This document shows, in pieces, positions 13,118-24,388 of a DNA stretch of 64,000 nt. The translations under genes were made by a program, and so were the position numbers. The notes under the pieces are model-generated. The model worked only from the letters and a program-made list of their open reading frames with translations, ran no database searches and was not told the DNA's origin. This DNA is from Octopus vulgaris (Eukaryota), in assembly GCA_951406725.2 (NCBI GenBank), contig OX597814.1, positions 102,734,001 to 102,798,000 of the forward strand, read 5' to 3'. Numbering within the stretch: position 1 is the first letter of the stretch; each line of letters opens with the position of its first letter.

Positions 13118-13289
13118 CGTCTAACCTTTCTCAACTAATAATTCAACTGTTTCAAACACCTGAATAGCAGCTCTTGGAATCATACCCATCATCTCATCTT
13201 CTACATTACCAACTACCATTGTATATGCTTTACCAGGACCAGGGCAGCCATATCCAAAGATGCAAAACATTATAGTCATTGAGTGCACA
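13118..13289 (-). pseudogene. KIFC1: Kinesin-14 (KIFC1-like) pseudo-exon 1, P-loop
   Basis: tatttcAG / CALNDYNV(+1 frameshift)CIFGYGCPGPGKAYTMVVGNVEDEMMGMIPRAAIQVFETVELLVEKG*T / GTAAGT, a decayed [32 protein letters not shown]..KGWT. It joins in frame to YEFNVSFLEIYNE, as in KIFC1 GWTY.F..S..EIYNE. Confidence 0.88.
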
Positions 13290-13468
13290 CTGAAATAATA
13301 AAGTAATATATATATACTCAATACAGAGATGGATGGAGGGGAATATAGATAGAAAAATCGATAGAGCACCAAACAAAATATCTTTGTGCTATTTAGTTAT
13401 GTTCCCTTACGTTCCGAGTTCAAATATCACCCAAACCAAATGTATCTTTTGCCTTTCTGAGATTGATA

Positions 13469-15363
13469 CGAGGGGCGTTCAATAAGTAATGCCCCTGACC
13501 CACTTCCCATAGCAGTAGAGGAACGAAACTTGGCACAGTTATTAGTCTTTTCCTACATAGGAAGCACCCAGAGTTACGCATTTCTCCCATCGTTTGATGC
13601 AGCTCTGAAGACCGTTTTTGTAGAAGACCCCAGCTTGGTCCTCCAACCACGACGTGACTTCAGAAATCAAGGCTGCATCACCTGGGAAACGTTTTCCTTT
13701 CAAAAACAACTTCATGGCTGGGAAGAGGTGAAAATCAGAGGGTGCAAGGTCAAGAGAGTAGGGGGATGGGGGAGGAGTTCATAGCCGCACGCCTGTGCTT
13801 CTGATCTGGCGACACGCGAGTTGTGGACCGGAGCGTTGTCCTGCAGGAGGAGGATGCCTTTGCTGATCTTGCCCCGCCTCTTGATTTTGATAGCTTCTCT
13901 TAATTTCCTCAAAAATGAAGCATAATAGGCTCCTGTAATTGTGGTACACTTTGCCAGGAAATCTGTCATCACTACTCCATCCTGGTCTCAGAAGACTGTG
14001 AGTATGTCCTTGCCAGCGGAGGGCTGCACCCTTGCCTTCTTTGGAGGAGGTGAGTCACGGTGCTTCCCTTGCATTGACTGGGCTTTGGTCTCTGGATCAT
14101 AGTGATGGACCCATATTTCATCCTGTGCAATCAGTCTTTTGAAAAACTTTGACTCATCTTCTTGGCACATCTCCAAATTCATCCTCGAGCACTCGACGCG
14201 TTCTTGCTTCTGAAAAGGTGTGAACAACCTGGGAATCCATCTGGAAGACAACCTTTGCATATGCAAAGGGTCATGAATGATAGTTTCCACAGACCCGGTA
14301 CTAATCTTGACCTAATGGGCTATTTGGCGAATAGTTATGCGCCATCTTCCAAAATGGCAGCCTCAACTTGACGGACAGATGCCTCATCAATGGCAGAAGG
14401 GGGCGACCAGATCTGGGAGCCTTTTCCACAGAGTTCCGACCATGTTTGAATTCACGATGCCAGCGTTTTACAAGGTCATATGATGGGGCATCATCACCAG
14501 AATTTCTTCTCTTTATTATTTTTTTTTTTTGCGAAATATGTACAAAAATACGGAGTTTATGATTCATGTGTGAGTGTGTGTTCTTGATACTCGTTTAGAA
14601 CAAGTAGTTTTACACCAATTACACTATTTTTTCTTAGTTTAAAGGCCGTGGACTGAAGATGTGAAATTTCCGAAGCCTCTCCCCCACCCCACTTTCGCGA
14701 GCGCGCATTTTTTTCATGATAGTCGTTTAGAGCAAGTTGTTTTACACCTATTACGCTGTTTTTGTTTTTGTGCCCGGTTCAGACGCTTTCGGAAATTCCC
14801 GATATAAATTTTCCGAGGCCTCTCCCCCACCCCTCTTTCGCGAGAGCGCATTTTTTTTGTCATATTCGTTTAGAGCAAGTTGTTTTACACATATTACACT
14901 ATTTTTTTTTTTTTGTTTTGGTGCCCGGGTCAGCCCCTCAGACGCTTTCGGAACTTCCCGATGTGAATTTTCCGAGGCCTCTCTCCCACCCCCCTTTCGC
15001 GTGCGCGAATTTTTTTTTTTCATATTCGTTCATAGGAAGTTGTTTTACACCTATTACACACATTTTTTTTTGATTTTCTGATATGCGTAACGCCCTATAT
15101 TAACCAAGTTACTTTCATTTCATCAAAAGTCTCCCATGGTGTGCGTCCTTTCAAATACAAAAAACGGATCACTGCTCGACACTCTAAAGGCTCCATTTCA
15201 CACTTGACTAAGTTCAAACACCTGGAAATCAGAAACCACAATTAGTTCAGAGCTGTAATTCGCCATGTAATCCATAGAGATATGAATAATTGCACATGTA
15301 AAATTTCAGCAAGATCAATCAACTGCAAGTGGGTCAGGGGCATTACTTATTGAACGTCCCTCG
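13469..15363 (-). mobile_element. Tc1/mariner (DD34D) transposon with disrupted transposase
   Basis: 37-bp TIRs CGAGGGGCGTTCAATAAGTAATGCCCCTGACCCACTT (one mismatch); TA TSD at 13467-68 and 15364-65. Transposase from ATG 15196 to ~13542 shows WIPRLF, DEIW, QDNAPVH, LPHPP motifs with frameshifts. Inserted into a SINE. Confidence 0.95.
14500..15105 (-). mobile_element. One-ended copy of the 27410-28179 MITE nested in the mariner transposase
   Basis: Near-identical inverted copy of 27410-28015 with one TIR and four ~135-160 bp subrepeats; splits MKVT/GDDAPSY. Confidence 0.9.
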
Positions 15364-15596
15364 TAAGTAGCAATCATCTTCTACATTACCACCTTGCAGG
15401 TACCTTACATAGCTAGAAATAGATGTCAAAATCCCGAACATATCATAGACAACTGTCTTCCATAGGTAGAAATAGCAGCCAAACCCGCACAAATCAAGGT
15501 CATCTCATATTCATAAAACAGAGAACAGACACAAAGAATTGAGACGCCAAAAACCGAAAGTCTCCAGAATTAAAAGCATTGAATTGTTTAATACTT

Positions 15597-15760
15597 ACGG
15601 AAATGATTCATAAAGGATAGTGTTGTTGTATATGTAGTAGTTGAGAAATGCATTATAATGCTTTATTTTGAGCTGAATTAAGAGAAACTCAGGCGCCAGA
15701 CATCTTACTGCAAGTCATCAAGAAGGCGGAAGCAGGTTCAATGCGCATGCGTCTCTCCTG
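15597..15760 (-). promoter_or_regulatory. ZNF-type promoter/non-coding exon 1 module, copy A (upstream of the kinesin pseudo-exons)
   Basis: TGCGCATGCG at 15742-51, CGGAAG at 15727-32, minus-strand GTAAGT donor at 15598; homologous to copies at 29.3, 42.6 and 48.2 kb. Confidence 0.6.
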
Positions 15761-16504
15761 TCCCGGAATATTTAATGCTGCAAACACTAATTTTTTGCGT
15801 GGAATCAAATACCTAGTTCTTTACTAGGATTTTTTCCTTTTGAACGGCATATGTCAACACAATTTCTAGTTAACTAAACACTTTTAAACTTCGGGCAATG
15901 TTTCGTTTGTAGTACCACACGTTTCCGTCGATTTCCGTAAAAAACTTTTATTTTTTTACATATGGCTTTGTGGGAATATTTGAAGTAATGAGAGCGAAAG
16001 AGACTAAGAGGAAGCGATTTTATGACGAGGGAATTTCTTTTTGAAGTCCCCGTGTGTGTGTTTGATGGGGTGTGGGAGACAGACAGTATGTTGTGTAAGT
16101 GAAGTGCTTCTGTTAGTGTGTGCGAAGAGACCGAGAGAGTAATGTGTGAAAGAGAGAGATAACTGAAATTTTTTACTCGGCATATTATTAATATATCAAG
16201 AATTATTTAATTTATATAATTAATTCATTAATTTTATTCTGTAAAATAGTAATTAATACATTTATCGGTAAATCCGCGAGGGAATCGCTATGTTGTCACT
16301 CAGGCAGCTAGAAATAGCAGCCAGATTTCCCTCCAATAACACCTTATTGTCTTAAAAAGCAGAAAGGTATCTAAAAAATCCGATTTAAAAAATTTTTTTT
16401 TTAGTGAAAATCGTGCGGGTGTTACTCTGTAATTTTACCAAAAAAATTATATACATTTGTGTGAAGAAATTCATTAAGTTTTACAAATTATATGGGTGGG
16501 TGGG

Positions 16505-16646
16505 TGTAACGCGCATGCGCGAATCGCGCACAGCGCATGCGCAAGTCACCTCGTAGGATCTCGAGTATCGAATACCTACGTCTGGCTAGCGCGCACGCGC
16601 GAATCCGCGTGTGCGCAACCGGGACCACTCTGCGATACAAGTACCC
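16505..16646. mobile_element. CpG-rich MITE fragment with two GCGCATGCGC motifs
   Basis: Ends CCGGGACCACTCTGCGATACAAGTACCC, similar to the TIR of 28759-28930; GCGCATGCGC at 16511 and 16533. Confidence 0.5.
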
Positions 16647-16819
16647 GGATTAAGTCGATTACATCGACCCTAGTGCGTAACCGGTACTTAATTTATCGAC
16701 CCCGAAAGGATGAAAGGCAAAGTCAACCTCGGCGGAATTTGAACTCAGAACATAACGGCAAACGAAATACGGCTACACATTTCGCCCGCCATGCTAACGT
16801 TTCTGCCAGCTCGCCGCCT
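16647..16819 (-). mobile_element. tRNA-derived SINE (same family as 6063-6255)
   Basis: Reverse complement of the 6063 SINE. Confidence 0.75.
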
Positions 16820-17330
16820 TAGCGTGGAATCAAATACCCTGACCTCCTAACATACTGCAAACTTATTTTTGTTCGTAAAAAGGGGGTGGGTGGGAAATCG
16901 TCCCCCACCCCTTATTCCGGAATCATTGGAATTTTTTTTTCGTTGAATGAATTCCGGTAACCTCCTAATATGCCGCAAAACCCTTTTTGGGGTCCAGAAA
17001 ATGGGATGGGGTGGAAGCCTCGGAAATTTCCCCACCCCTACCCCCATTGATCCTTTCACCCGCACGATTTTCACTAAGAAAAAAAAAAACTCGGATTTTT
17101 TGCGTGGAATCAAGTACTTTACCTCCTAATATCCTGCAAACTCCTTCTTTTGTTCGGAAAAAAAGGGGGGGAGTTGGGAAACCGGATCCCCCCATTCTGG
17201 AATCTTTGGATTTTTTTTTCGTTGAATGAATTCCAGGGACCTCCTAATATGCCACAAAACTCTTTTTCGGGTCCGGAAAACGGGGTGGAATGGAACTCTC
17301 GGATATTTTACCCATTCCCAACATTTTACA
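16820..17330 (+). repeat. ~280-bp tandem repeat (two units), probably DNA-transposon-derived
   Basis: GCGTGGAATCAA..ACCTCCTAA..CTGCAAACT..CGTTGAATGAATTCC repeated at ~16822 and ~17102; related pieces at ~15797, ~16380 and 26440-26610. Confidence 0.7.
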
Positions 17331-17457
17331 GAAATACAATTTCCAAAGTGTGAGTTACATGGTTGGTTATTAAATATATAGAGAATGTGACATATTGTGT
17401 ATATTTTACGCTGAATATATTTTTTCTGAAGTCGTAGTGTATGCATATATATATATA

Positions 17458-17748
17458 TCTTTATATATAAAACTGAAGTTGTGTGTGTATCTGTCTACTC
17501 CGATTTAGATTCCTAATTACTCCCACATTTTGCGGTGCAGTTTAACCAAAAGCGGGTATCTTATAGTCGTGATTCATATCGAGCCCTTCTGGGAATTAGC
17601 GCGCGTCTGTGATGAGTCTATGATTTAAAAAAAATTTACCATAATTTTTCCGCATTTTTTGCTCGGTTTATATAAGGGAAGTAACTCTAAAAATGCTTAT
17701 ATAGTTATTTCCTTTACAAATCCGAGCAACGCCGGGTGATACTGCTAG
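17458..17748 (+). mobile_element. Non-autonomous Helitron
   Basis: A|TC start (TCTTTATATATAAAA), subterminal hairpin CCGAGCAACGCCGG, CTAG|T end; inserted in (TA)n. Confidence 0.8.
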
Positions 17749-17826
17749 TATATATATAGTATGTACATATATATAGACAAATTACTACTTACCTCTTTGC
17801 CTACCTATAAATGGATTAATTCTGAA

Positions 17827-18235
17827 CAAAATACACTTTCTTTTTCGACAAATATATTCAGCTTTATAGCAGCGTTTTAGGGAAAGCAAAAGTCTTTCCC
17901 GCCCGAACTAATTTTTGTTTGAGGAGGAAAAAAGAGCGAAAATAAAATTTGTCTCTCTACAAAGAAGCAATTTAAAATAAATATACTTTTATGCTTCTGA
18001 TCTCTCTCACACACATACCAGTCTGTTAGGATGTTTTGTTTTTTTAAAGATACTTTATTTCATCATCAGAATATATATATTTTCTCACACAACTAAGGTA
18101 TATTTATTTTAAATTGCTTCTTTGTAGAGACAACTTTTATTCCACCCGACCCCCACACAAAAATGAGTTCAGGCATGAAAGATTTTTTTCTAAAATGCTG
18201 GTATAAAGCTGAAAATAGTCGAGAAAAAAAGTGTA
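17827..18235. repeat. Diverged ~150-bp inverted repeat (foldback/MITE)
   Basis: CTCTACAAAGAAGCAATTTAAAATAAATATAC versus GTATATTTATTTTAAATTGCTTCTTTGTAGAG, with similarity extending outward. Confidence 0.65.
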
Positions 18236-19190
18236 AAAACTTTTCTCATGTGCAACTTTTGACATTTTTTTGCAAAATGTGGTGGTGTGGAGGGTCCCTT
18301 CAGTTTTATCGATTTTTCTCCTAGATGTGGGTATCTCTAGGCATCAGTAATGCAGTAGTGACCTGCCTGGATAAATTTGCCAGTTAATAAAAAAAAAAAC
18401 ATCAAAATCGGATGAAAAATGTGGAACAACTGGGGTGAAAAACCTTGGAGAAGCCACAAAAGCATCACAGGGGATGCAGCAATTGAATGTAAGCTAGCCC
18501 TAAAGCATTTGACCTCATTGACTGGTTGAAATTGCCGAAATGCAAGAAATTAAAGACCAAATATCTTACAAACTATAGAATTTTCTCAATAAAGCCAAGA
18601 GAAAAAGATGTTTTATAAACACATTCTACCAGTATACGAAGTTTTAAATTTTTTAGTTACCTAGAAATTATGTTAAAAATCTGCCGCTCAAAGTGAAAAG
18701 ATCCGAAGAATGTAAAAAATTAGGAAGATTCATCTCTTTTTAAATATTTTATATTAAAAAATAAAACACACAAACTGGGAACTCGTATCAGATATTATTA
18801 ATGATACGAGGGGCCCAACAATAACGTTAGTGTAGCACACGCTGCTACTACGCGACAGCTATTCGCAAATACCTGTTCAGTGGTAGCAGGACGTGCTAGA
18901 AATACCAGCCAAATCGGTTAATGCTTACAAGTACACCAGCATGTCAACCCCCCATCACTTTTCTTTCTTTCTTTTCCAGCAGATTCCTGTTTTCGATCAC
19001 GGACATTCCAATTATGCAAAAAAAAAATAATAAAATATCTCCCATTTTCAATTCCCTGTTCCTCACCAAATTTTTACATTTTAACTTTTTTCAAAATAAT
19101 TTCTTACTTCTTGTCTAATGTGGGCGCCAAGCAATCTTTTACATTGGTTCAGTTTAAACATGCCTTACTTAGGGTCCATGCAGTGTCACA

Positions 19191-20942
19191 TCATCATCAT
19201 CATTGTTCGACCGTGGTCAAGACAATGGAATTTACCATGCTACGCCAGACTTCACGGTCCATCATGGCATTATGGAGGTCCTGTTGCTGGATGCCTGTAT
19301 CCCTGGAGATTACATCAGGGTAGGAAAGTGTGCGCCTTCTGGTATTGCGAGTAGATGGCTTCCAGAGGAGAAGAGTAGAAATTACCTCTTTTTCAGCTCT
19401 ACAACAATGTCCAGCAAACTGGACTCTCCTACCTTTCACAAGAGATGACACAGGTGGTAGTTTCCCATATATTTGCATTTTGGTTGGATGGCGCTTCCAC
19501 GAGAGATTTTGAGCTCTCATAAGGAGGCGAGTGTAGGTTCCATCCAACTGCCTCTCAAGCTTCTTTGATAACGTCCAGGTTTCTGAGCCATATAGTAGAA
19601 TTGGTTCGACTGTGGCTTTGAAGATTTCAAGTTTGAAGTCTCTACTTAGATTTGATGACCAGATCTTATGCATGTCATTACAGGCTGACCAGGCCATACC
19701 CTTTCTAGTTAGAAAGTCTTTTCCAGATGATGATATGTATGACCCAAGATATTTGTAATCAGAAACCATATTTAAGGGCGCATTGTTGAGAGTATGGATG
19801 ATGCAATCACTGTTGGACAGGCACTTGTTTATGTATTCAGTCTTGGCCTCATTGAGGTAAAGACCTACACAATTTGAGGCTTGTTCAAGAGATTGTAAAA
19901 GAGACTGGGCATTGAAGAGAGAATCACTGATAAGAGTGATGTCGTCAGCAAAGTTAGTGTTTGTCAAGTACTCAGCTGGGTGTCTGGAACTTCTTGGTTT
20001 TATTTCAAAGCCCTTGCCAGAGATGTTATCAACTGACATACATAGCACATAATCAACAACAATGATGAAAAGAAATGGGGAGAGTGTGTCTCCCTGCAGT
20101 ATTCCAGCTTTGATTGAGAAAGATGATGTTTCTCCGTCAGGGGTTAAGATGGTTGAAGACGTATCTGTGTAGAGGACCTTGATGGCAGAAATGATTTTGT
20201 CTGGTATCCCATAGAGCTTAAGGATTTCAAACATCTTGTACCTATCTACAGAATCGAACGCTTTAGAAAAGTCTATAAATACCATTGCAAGATCGCGATT
20301 AAATGCTTTTGATTCTTCAATAAGTCTGTGTAGGCATAGTATCTGGCTCAGCGTTGAGCGCCCATGTCTGAATCCATTTTGGTTCTTTCGGAGCAAAGGT
20401 TCAACAAAAAGGACAAGACGATTTAGGATCAGTTTGTTGTACAGTTTTGCAGCAATTGACATTAGAGATATACCCCTGTAGTTGGTGACGAGGGATAAAT
20501 CGCCTTTTTGGGGTATTGGGATGATTTGAGATTAGTGCCAAATCTTTGGAGCGACAAAGGTGGAAAGTGTGTGGTTGCAGAGGTTGAGCAAAAGTGTGTG
20601 AAATCTATCATCCTTCCAAATTATAGCTGGGATGTTGTCGGGACCAAATGCTTTTGAGGCTTTTAGTTGCTTGGTGGCTGCTGTTAGTTCAAATATGGTA
20701 AAAGGGGAGGTGTTGATGTCCAGCGTGTCTGATATAGGCACACTTGGAAGAGTGGGGTTATCAGGGATTTTGGCATTCTTCCCAAGGAGGTTTTTAAAAT
20801 GGGTTGACCAATTTTCTAAACGCTTCTTAGCTGATCCCCCTTTAATTCTAATTGATGACCCAGAATTTTTGCCTGATAGGTCTTTGATGGATTTCCAGGC
20901 GAGATGGTGTTTTTTACTAATGTGCTCTGTTGGATAGTTTCA
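19191..20942 (-). mobile_element. 5'-truncated RTE/RTEX-like LINE
   Basis: RT ORF 19200-20462 (FIDFSKAFDSV, GILQGDTLSPFLF, FADD), (GAT)n tail, 10-bp TSD CAGTGTCACA at 19181-90 and 20943-52. Confidence 0.92.
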
Positions 20943-21094
20943 CAGTGTCACAGGCCCAAAAAAACGTTCAACTTCTTGCCTAATGCGAGCCTAGAGCAAT
21001 CTCTCATCTCTTACACTATTTCAGTATTACGTCTCTATTGTAATGTGAGACAATACTTTCAGTTTGAAAGAAGTCTGTCCTATATAGGATATTC

Positions 21095-21655
21095 CTGAAG
21101 GGGTGTGTGGTGAGTTTGCCTTCCTACTTACTAGAACTTTGGTCTTTGCCACATTGACTCTAAGGCCTTTTGATTCTAAACCTAGCTTCCACACACAAAA
21201 TTTCTTCTCTAGTACTGGTAGTGATTCTGCTACGAGGGCTAAGTCATCAGCATAGAGGATGTCCCAGGGGCAATCCATCTTGAATTCCTCTGTTATTGCC
21301 TGGAGGACTATGAGGAATAAAAGGGGACTGAGGGCTGAATCTTGGTGGACCCCTACTTCTACCCAGAATTCTTCACTATACTCTTTGCCAATCCTAACTT
21401 TGCTAATGGCCTCTCTGTATAGGGCCTGTATAGCCCTAATTAACCATTCGTCAATCTCCAGTTTCCGCAGATAAGGGATCGGGGGAACCCTGTCAAAGGC
21501 TTTCTCCAAGTCCACGAAAGCTATGTAGAGGGGTTTATCTTTAGCTAGGTATTTCTCATGCAATTGTCGAACCAGGAATATGGCATCAATGGTGCTTTTA
21601 TCCGGCACAAAACCAAACTGCATCTCATCTAAGCAGACTCTCTCTCTGATGAGAT
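21095..21655 (-). mobile_element. RTE-clade RT fragment
   Basis: QFGFVPDKSTIDAIFLVRQL..FVDLEKAFDRVP..VGVHQDSALSPLLF..LYADD. Confidence 0.85.
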
Positions 21656-22930
21656 GATATATGTTTGTTCATGTATATATACGTATGAACTGTATGTGAC
21701 TGCTGATTATATATATATATATATTTGAATGTGTGCATGAAAATCTATTTATATCCCTCTCCTTGCTTCTTAAGGATAATCCGTGATGCTCCTGATTAAT
21801 ATCTAATGGGAAATTCCTTACATCTTTACGTATGTAAATTGCAATGAGAAAATGAAATATGAGGAATCAACACTAAAAACATTTCTATTTTCCTGTTATA
21901 CATATACACATATATGTACATAGCTGCATGTGTGAGTGAGTTCGTATATCCCTTTGTCCCCATTAATAATCCCAGGTGTTGTTTACTTGTCTTGCACATT
22001 GTAACTATGTCTAGGTTCCTTGATATGTACAGACATACTGCACGACCTTTGTGAATATAGGGTTCTTTGAAATGGTGTCTTCAGTTTCCAGTTCTCGTTA
22101 TAACCGTGTTAGGTCTGTCTTTTGCATGAGAGACTGGGAGATTTATTACTTGACTTGGAACAGACTAGGAAATCTTGCAGACAAGCTCTAAGTCTCAAAT
22201 CACTAACTGCCAGCCTATGTTGTTAAGTCCATTCGTTACCTGGGAAGAACTGGGCATTCACAAGTTCTCCTCTGTCTCCCCTGTTTTCTCATGAGAAATT
22301 AGCCAGTCTGGCTTGTGTATCACCAGATTCATTGTTGAACAAGAGGCTGGTAGGTTACCTCGAGTTCTGAAGTTAGTGTTGATAAAAACAGGCTGGGGTT
22401 GAGAATAAGAATCTCCTCCAAAATGTTTGTTCTCAATTTTATGAAAATAATCCTTATCTGGACATTTGAAAACTCATCTCTGTAAAGTTTAATTTAAAGA
22501 AACCATTATTGAAAAGCTAACAAGGAATCAGTCTATGTGGGGCACTAAACTGTACTTATGCCTCATGTTCTTCCTTTGTGTCTCTTCTGTTTTGTATTTG
22601 GGGGTTATTGTTTATGTACATATTTGACAACTTTACAATATTCCTGAGTATAAAATAATTAATAACTTATGTCATTGTATAACGTATTTAATGAGTAAAG
22701 CATTTAAAATACAATAAACAATAAAATATGCTGTAATTACAGGATGCGATATTCAAGAAAGAATAAAAGAATAATGTGTGGGGTTGTCAGGAGATTTGGT
22801 ATAAGATGTCCTTACAATATGAAAAGGAAACTGCATAAACAAATGGAAAAAATCTAAAATTCTTGGAAATACTTTCATCACAATTTACAACACAGGAATA
22901 TTAAATATAGCAAACAAGAAACCATAGAAA

Positions 22931-24388
22931 CTACCCTTTTCCTTTCACCCCTGTTTGAATATGTTTATGTCTTTTGAAGTCAGTACTTTGAGAGAATGAT
23001 TTACCACAGACATCACAGTGATATGGCTTCTCTCCTGTATGAGTACGTTTGTGTATAGATACAGCACTCTGTTGAATGAATGATTTACCACAGACATCAC
23101 AATGATATAGCCTCTCTCCTGTATGAATAGGTTTGTGTTTCTTTAAGTCATTACTTTGAGAGAACGATTTACCACAGACATCACAGTGATATGGCTTCTT
23201 CCCTGTATGAAGACATATGTGTTTTGTTAAGTTACTACTGTCAGAGAATGATTTACTACAGATATCACAATGATATGGTTTCTCTCCTGTATGAATATAT
23301 TTGTGTGTAGATAAGTGACTACTGTTAGAGAATGATTTACCACAGATATCACAATGATACGGTTTCTCTCCAGTATGAAAACGTATGTGTTTTGTTAAGC
23401 TATTATTGTAAGAGAATGATTTACCACAGATATCACAATTATATGGTTTCTCTCCAGTATGAATATATTTGTGTGTAGATAAGTGACCATTGTTAGAGAA
23501 TGATTTACCACAGATATCACATTGATATGGTTTCTCTCCTGTATGAATACGTTTGTGTATAGATAAGGCACCACGTTGAGAGAATGATTGACCACAGATA
23601 TCACAATATGACCTCTCTCCTGTATGAGTACATTTGTGCACTGCAACCTGACTACTGTTAGAGAATGATTTACCACAGATATCACAATGATATGGTTTCT
23701 CTCCCGTATGAAGACGTACGTGTTTTGTTAAGTTACTACTGTCAGAAAATGATTTACCACAGATATCACAATGATACGGTTTCTCTCCAGTATGAATATA
23801 TTTGTGTGTAGATAAGTGAACACCGCTAGAGAATGATTTACCACAGATATCACAGTGGTATGATGTCTCTCCTGTATGAATACGTTTGTGTTTAGATAAA
23901 GTACCACGTTGAGAGAATAATTTACCACAGATATCACAATGAAATGGTTCCTCACCAGTACATTTGTGTCTTGAAAATTGACTACTGTCAAATGATTTAC
24001 CACAGATATCACAGTGATATGGCTTCTCACTAGTATGAATATGTCTGTGTCTTAATAAGCTATTACTGTAAGGGAATGATTTACCACAGATATCACAATG
24101 ATATGGTTTTTCTCCCGTATGAAAACGTGTGTGTTTTGTTAAGTTACTATTGTCAGAGAATGATTTACCACAGATACCACAGTGATATGGTTTCTCTCCA
24201 GTATGAATATGTTTGTGTGTAGATAAGTGACTACTGTCAGAGAATGATTTACCACAGACATCACAGTGATATGGCTTCTCTCCTGTATGAAGACGTATGT
24301 GTTTTGTTAGGGTACTACTTGCAGAGAATGATTTACCGCAGATAACACACTGGTATGATTTCTCTCCTGTATGAATATGTTTGTGCAT
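22931..24388 (-). CDS. C2H2 zinc-finger protein, about 17 fingers (ZNF gene 1)
   Basis: Uninterrupted 485-aa ORF of 28-aa repeats with HTGEKPY linkers. Coding exon acceptor ctataatttcAG at 24855-56; candidate exon 1 donor at 29324. Confidence 0.9.
   Translation of the reverse strand: MHKHIHTGEKSYQCVICGKSFSASSTLTKHIRLHTGEKPYHCDVCGKSFSDSSHLSTHKHIHTGEKPYHCGICGKSFSDNSNLTKHTRFHTGEKPYHCDICGKSFPYSNSLLRHRHIHTSEKPYHCDICGKSFDSSQFSRHKCTGEEPFHCDICGKLFSQRGTLSKHKRIHTGETSYHCDICGKSFSSGVHLSTHKYIHTGEKPYHCDICGKSFSDSSNLTKHVRLHTGEKPYHCDICGKSFSNSSQVAVHKCTHTGERSYCDICGQSFSQRGALSIHKRIHTGEKPYQCDICGKSFSNNGHLSTHKYIHTGEKPYNCDICGKSFSYNNSLTKHIRFHTGEKPYHCDICGKSFSNSSHLSTHKYIHTGEKPYHCDICSKSFSDSSNLTKHICLHTGKKPYHCDVCGKSFSQSNDLKKHKPIHTGERLYHCDVCGKSFIQQSAVSIHKRTHTGEKPYHCDVCGKSFSQSTDFKRHKHIQTGVKGKG

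Noticed and set aside
15826-18704. Single large element bounded by inverted GGAT.TTTTC..TTTGA.CGGCA ends
   Set aside because: The ends are diverged and no TSD is visible; more likely two independent fragments of one family.
23395-24030. Repetitive ORFs of type [10 protein letters not shown] (also 45374-45664)
   Set aside because: Alternative reading frames of the 84-bp zinc-finger repeats.
22931-24388. 84-bp periodic repeat with variable spacers as a CRISPR-like array
   Set aside because: Fully explained by C2H2 finger coding; eukaryotic context and no cas genes.
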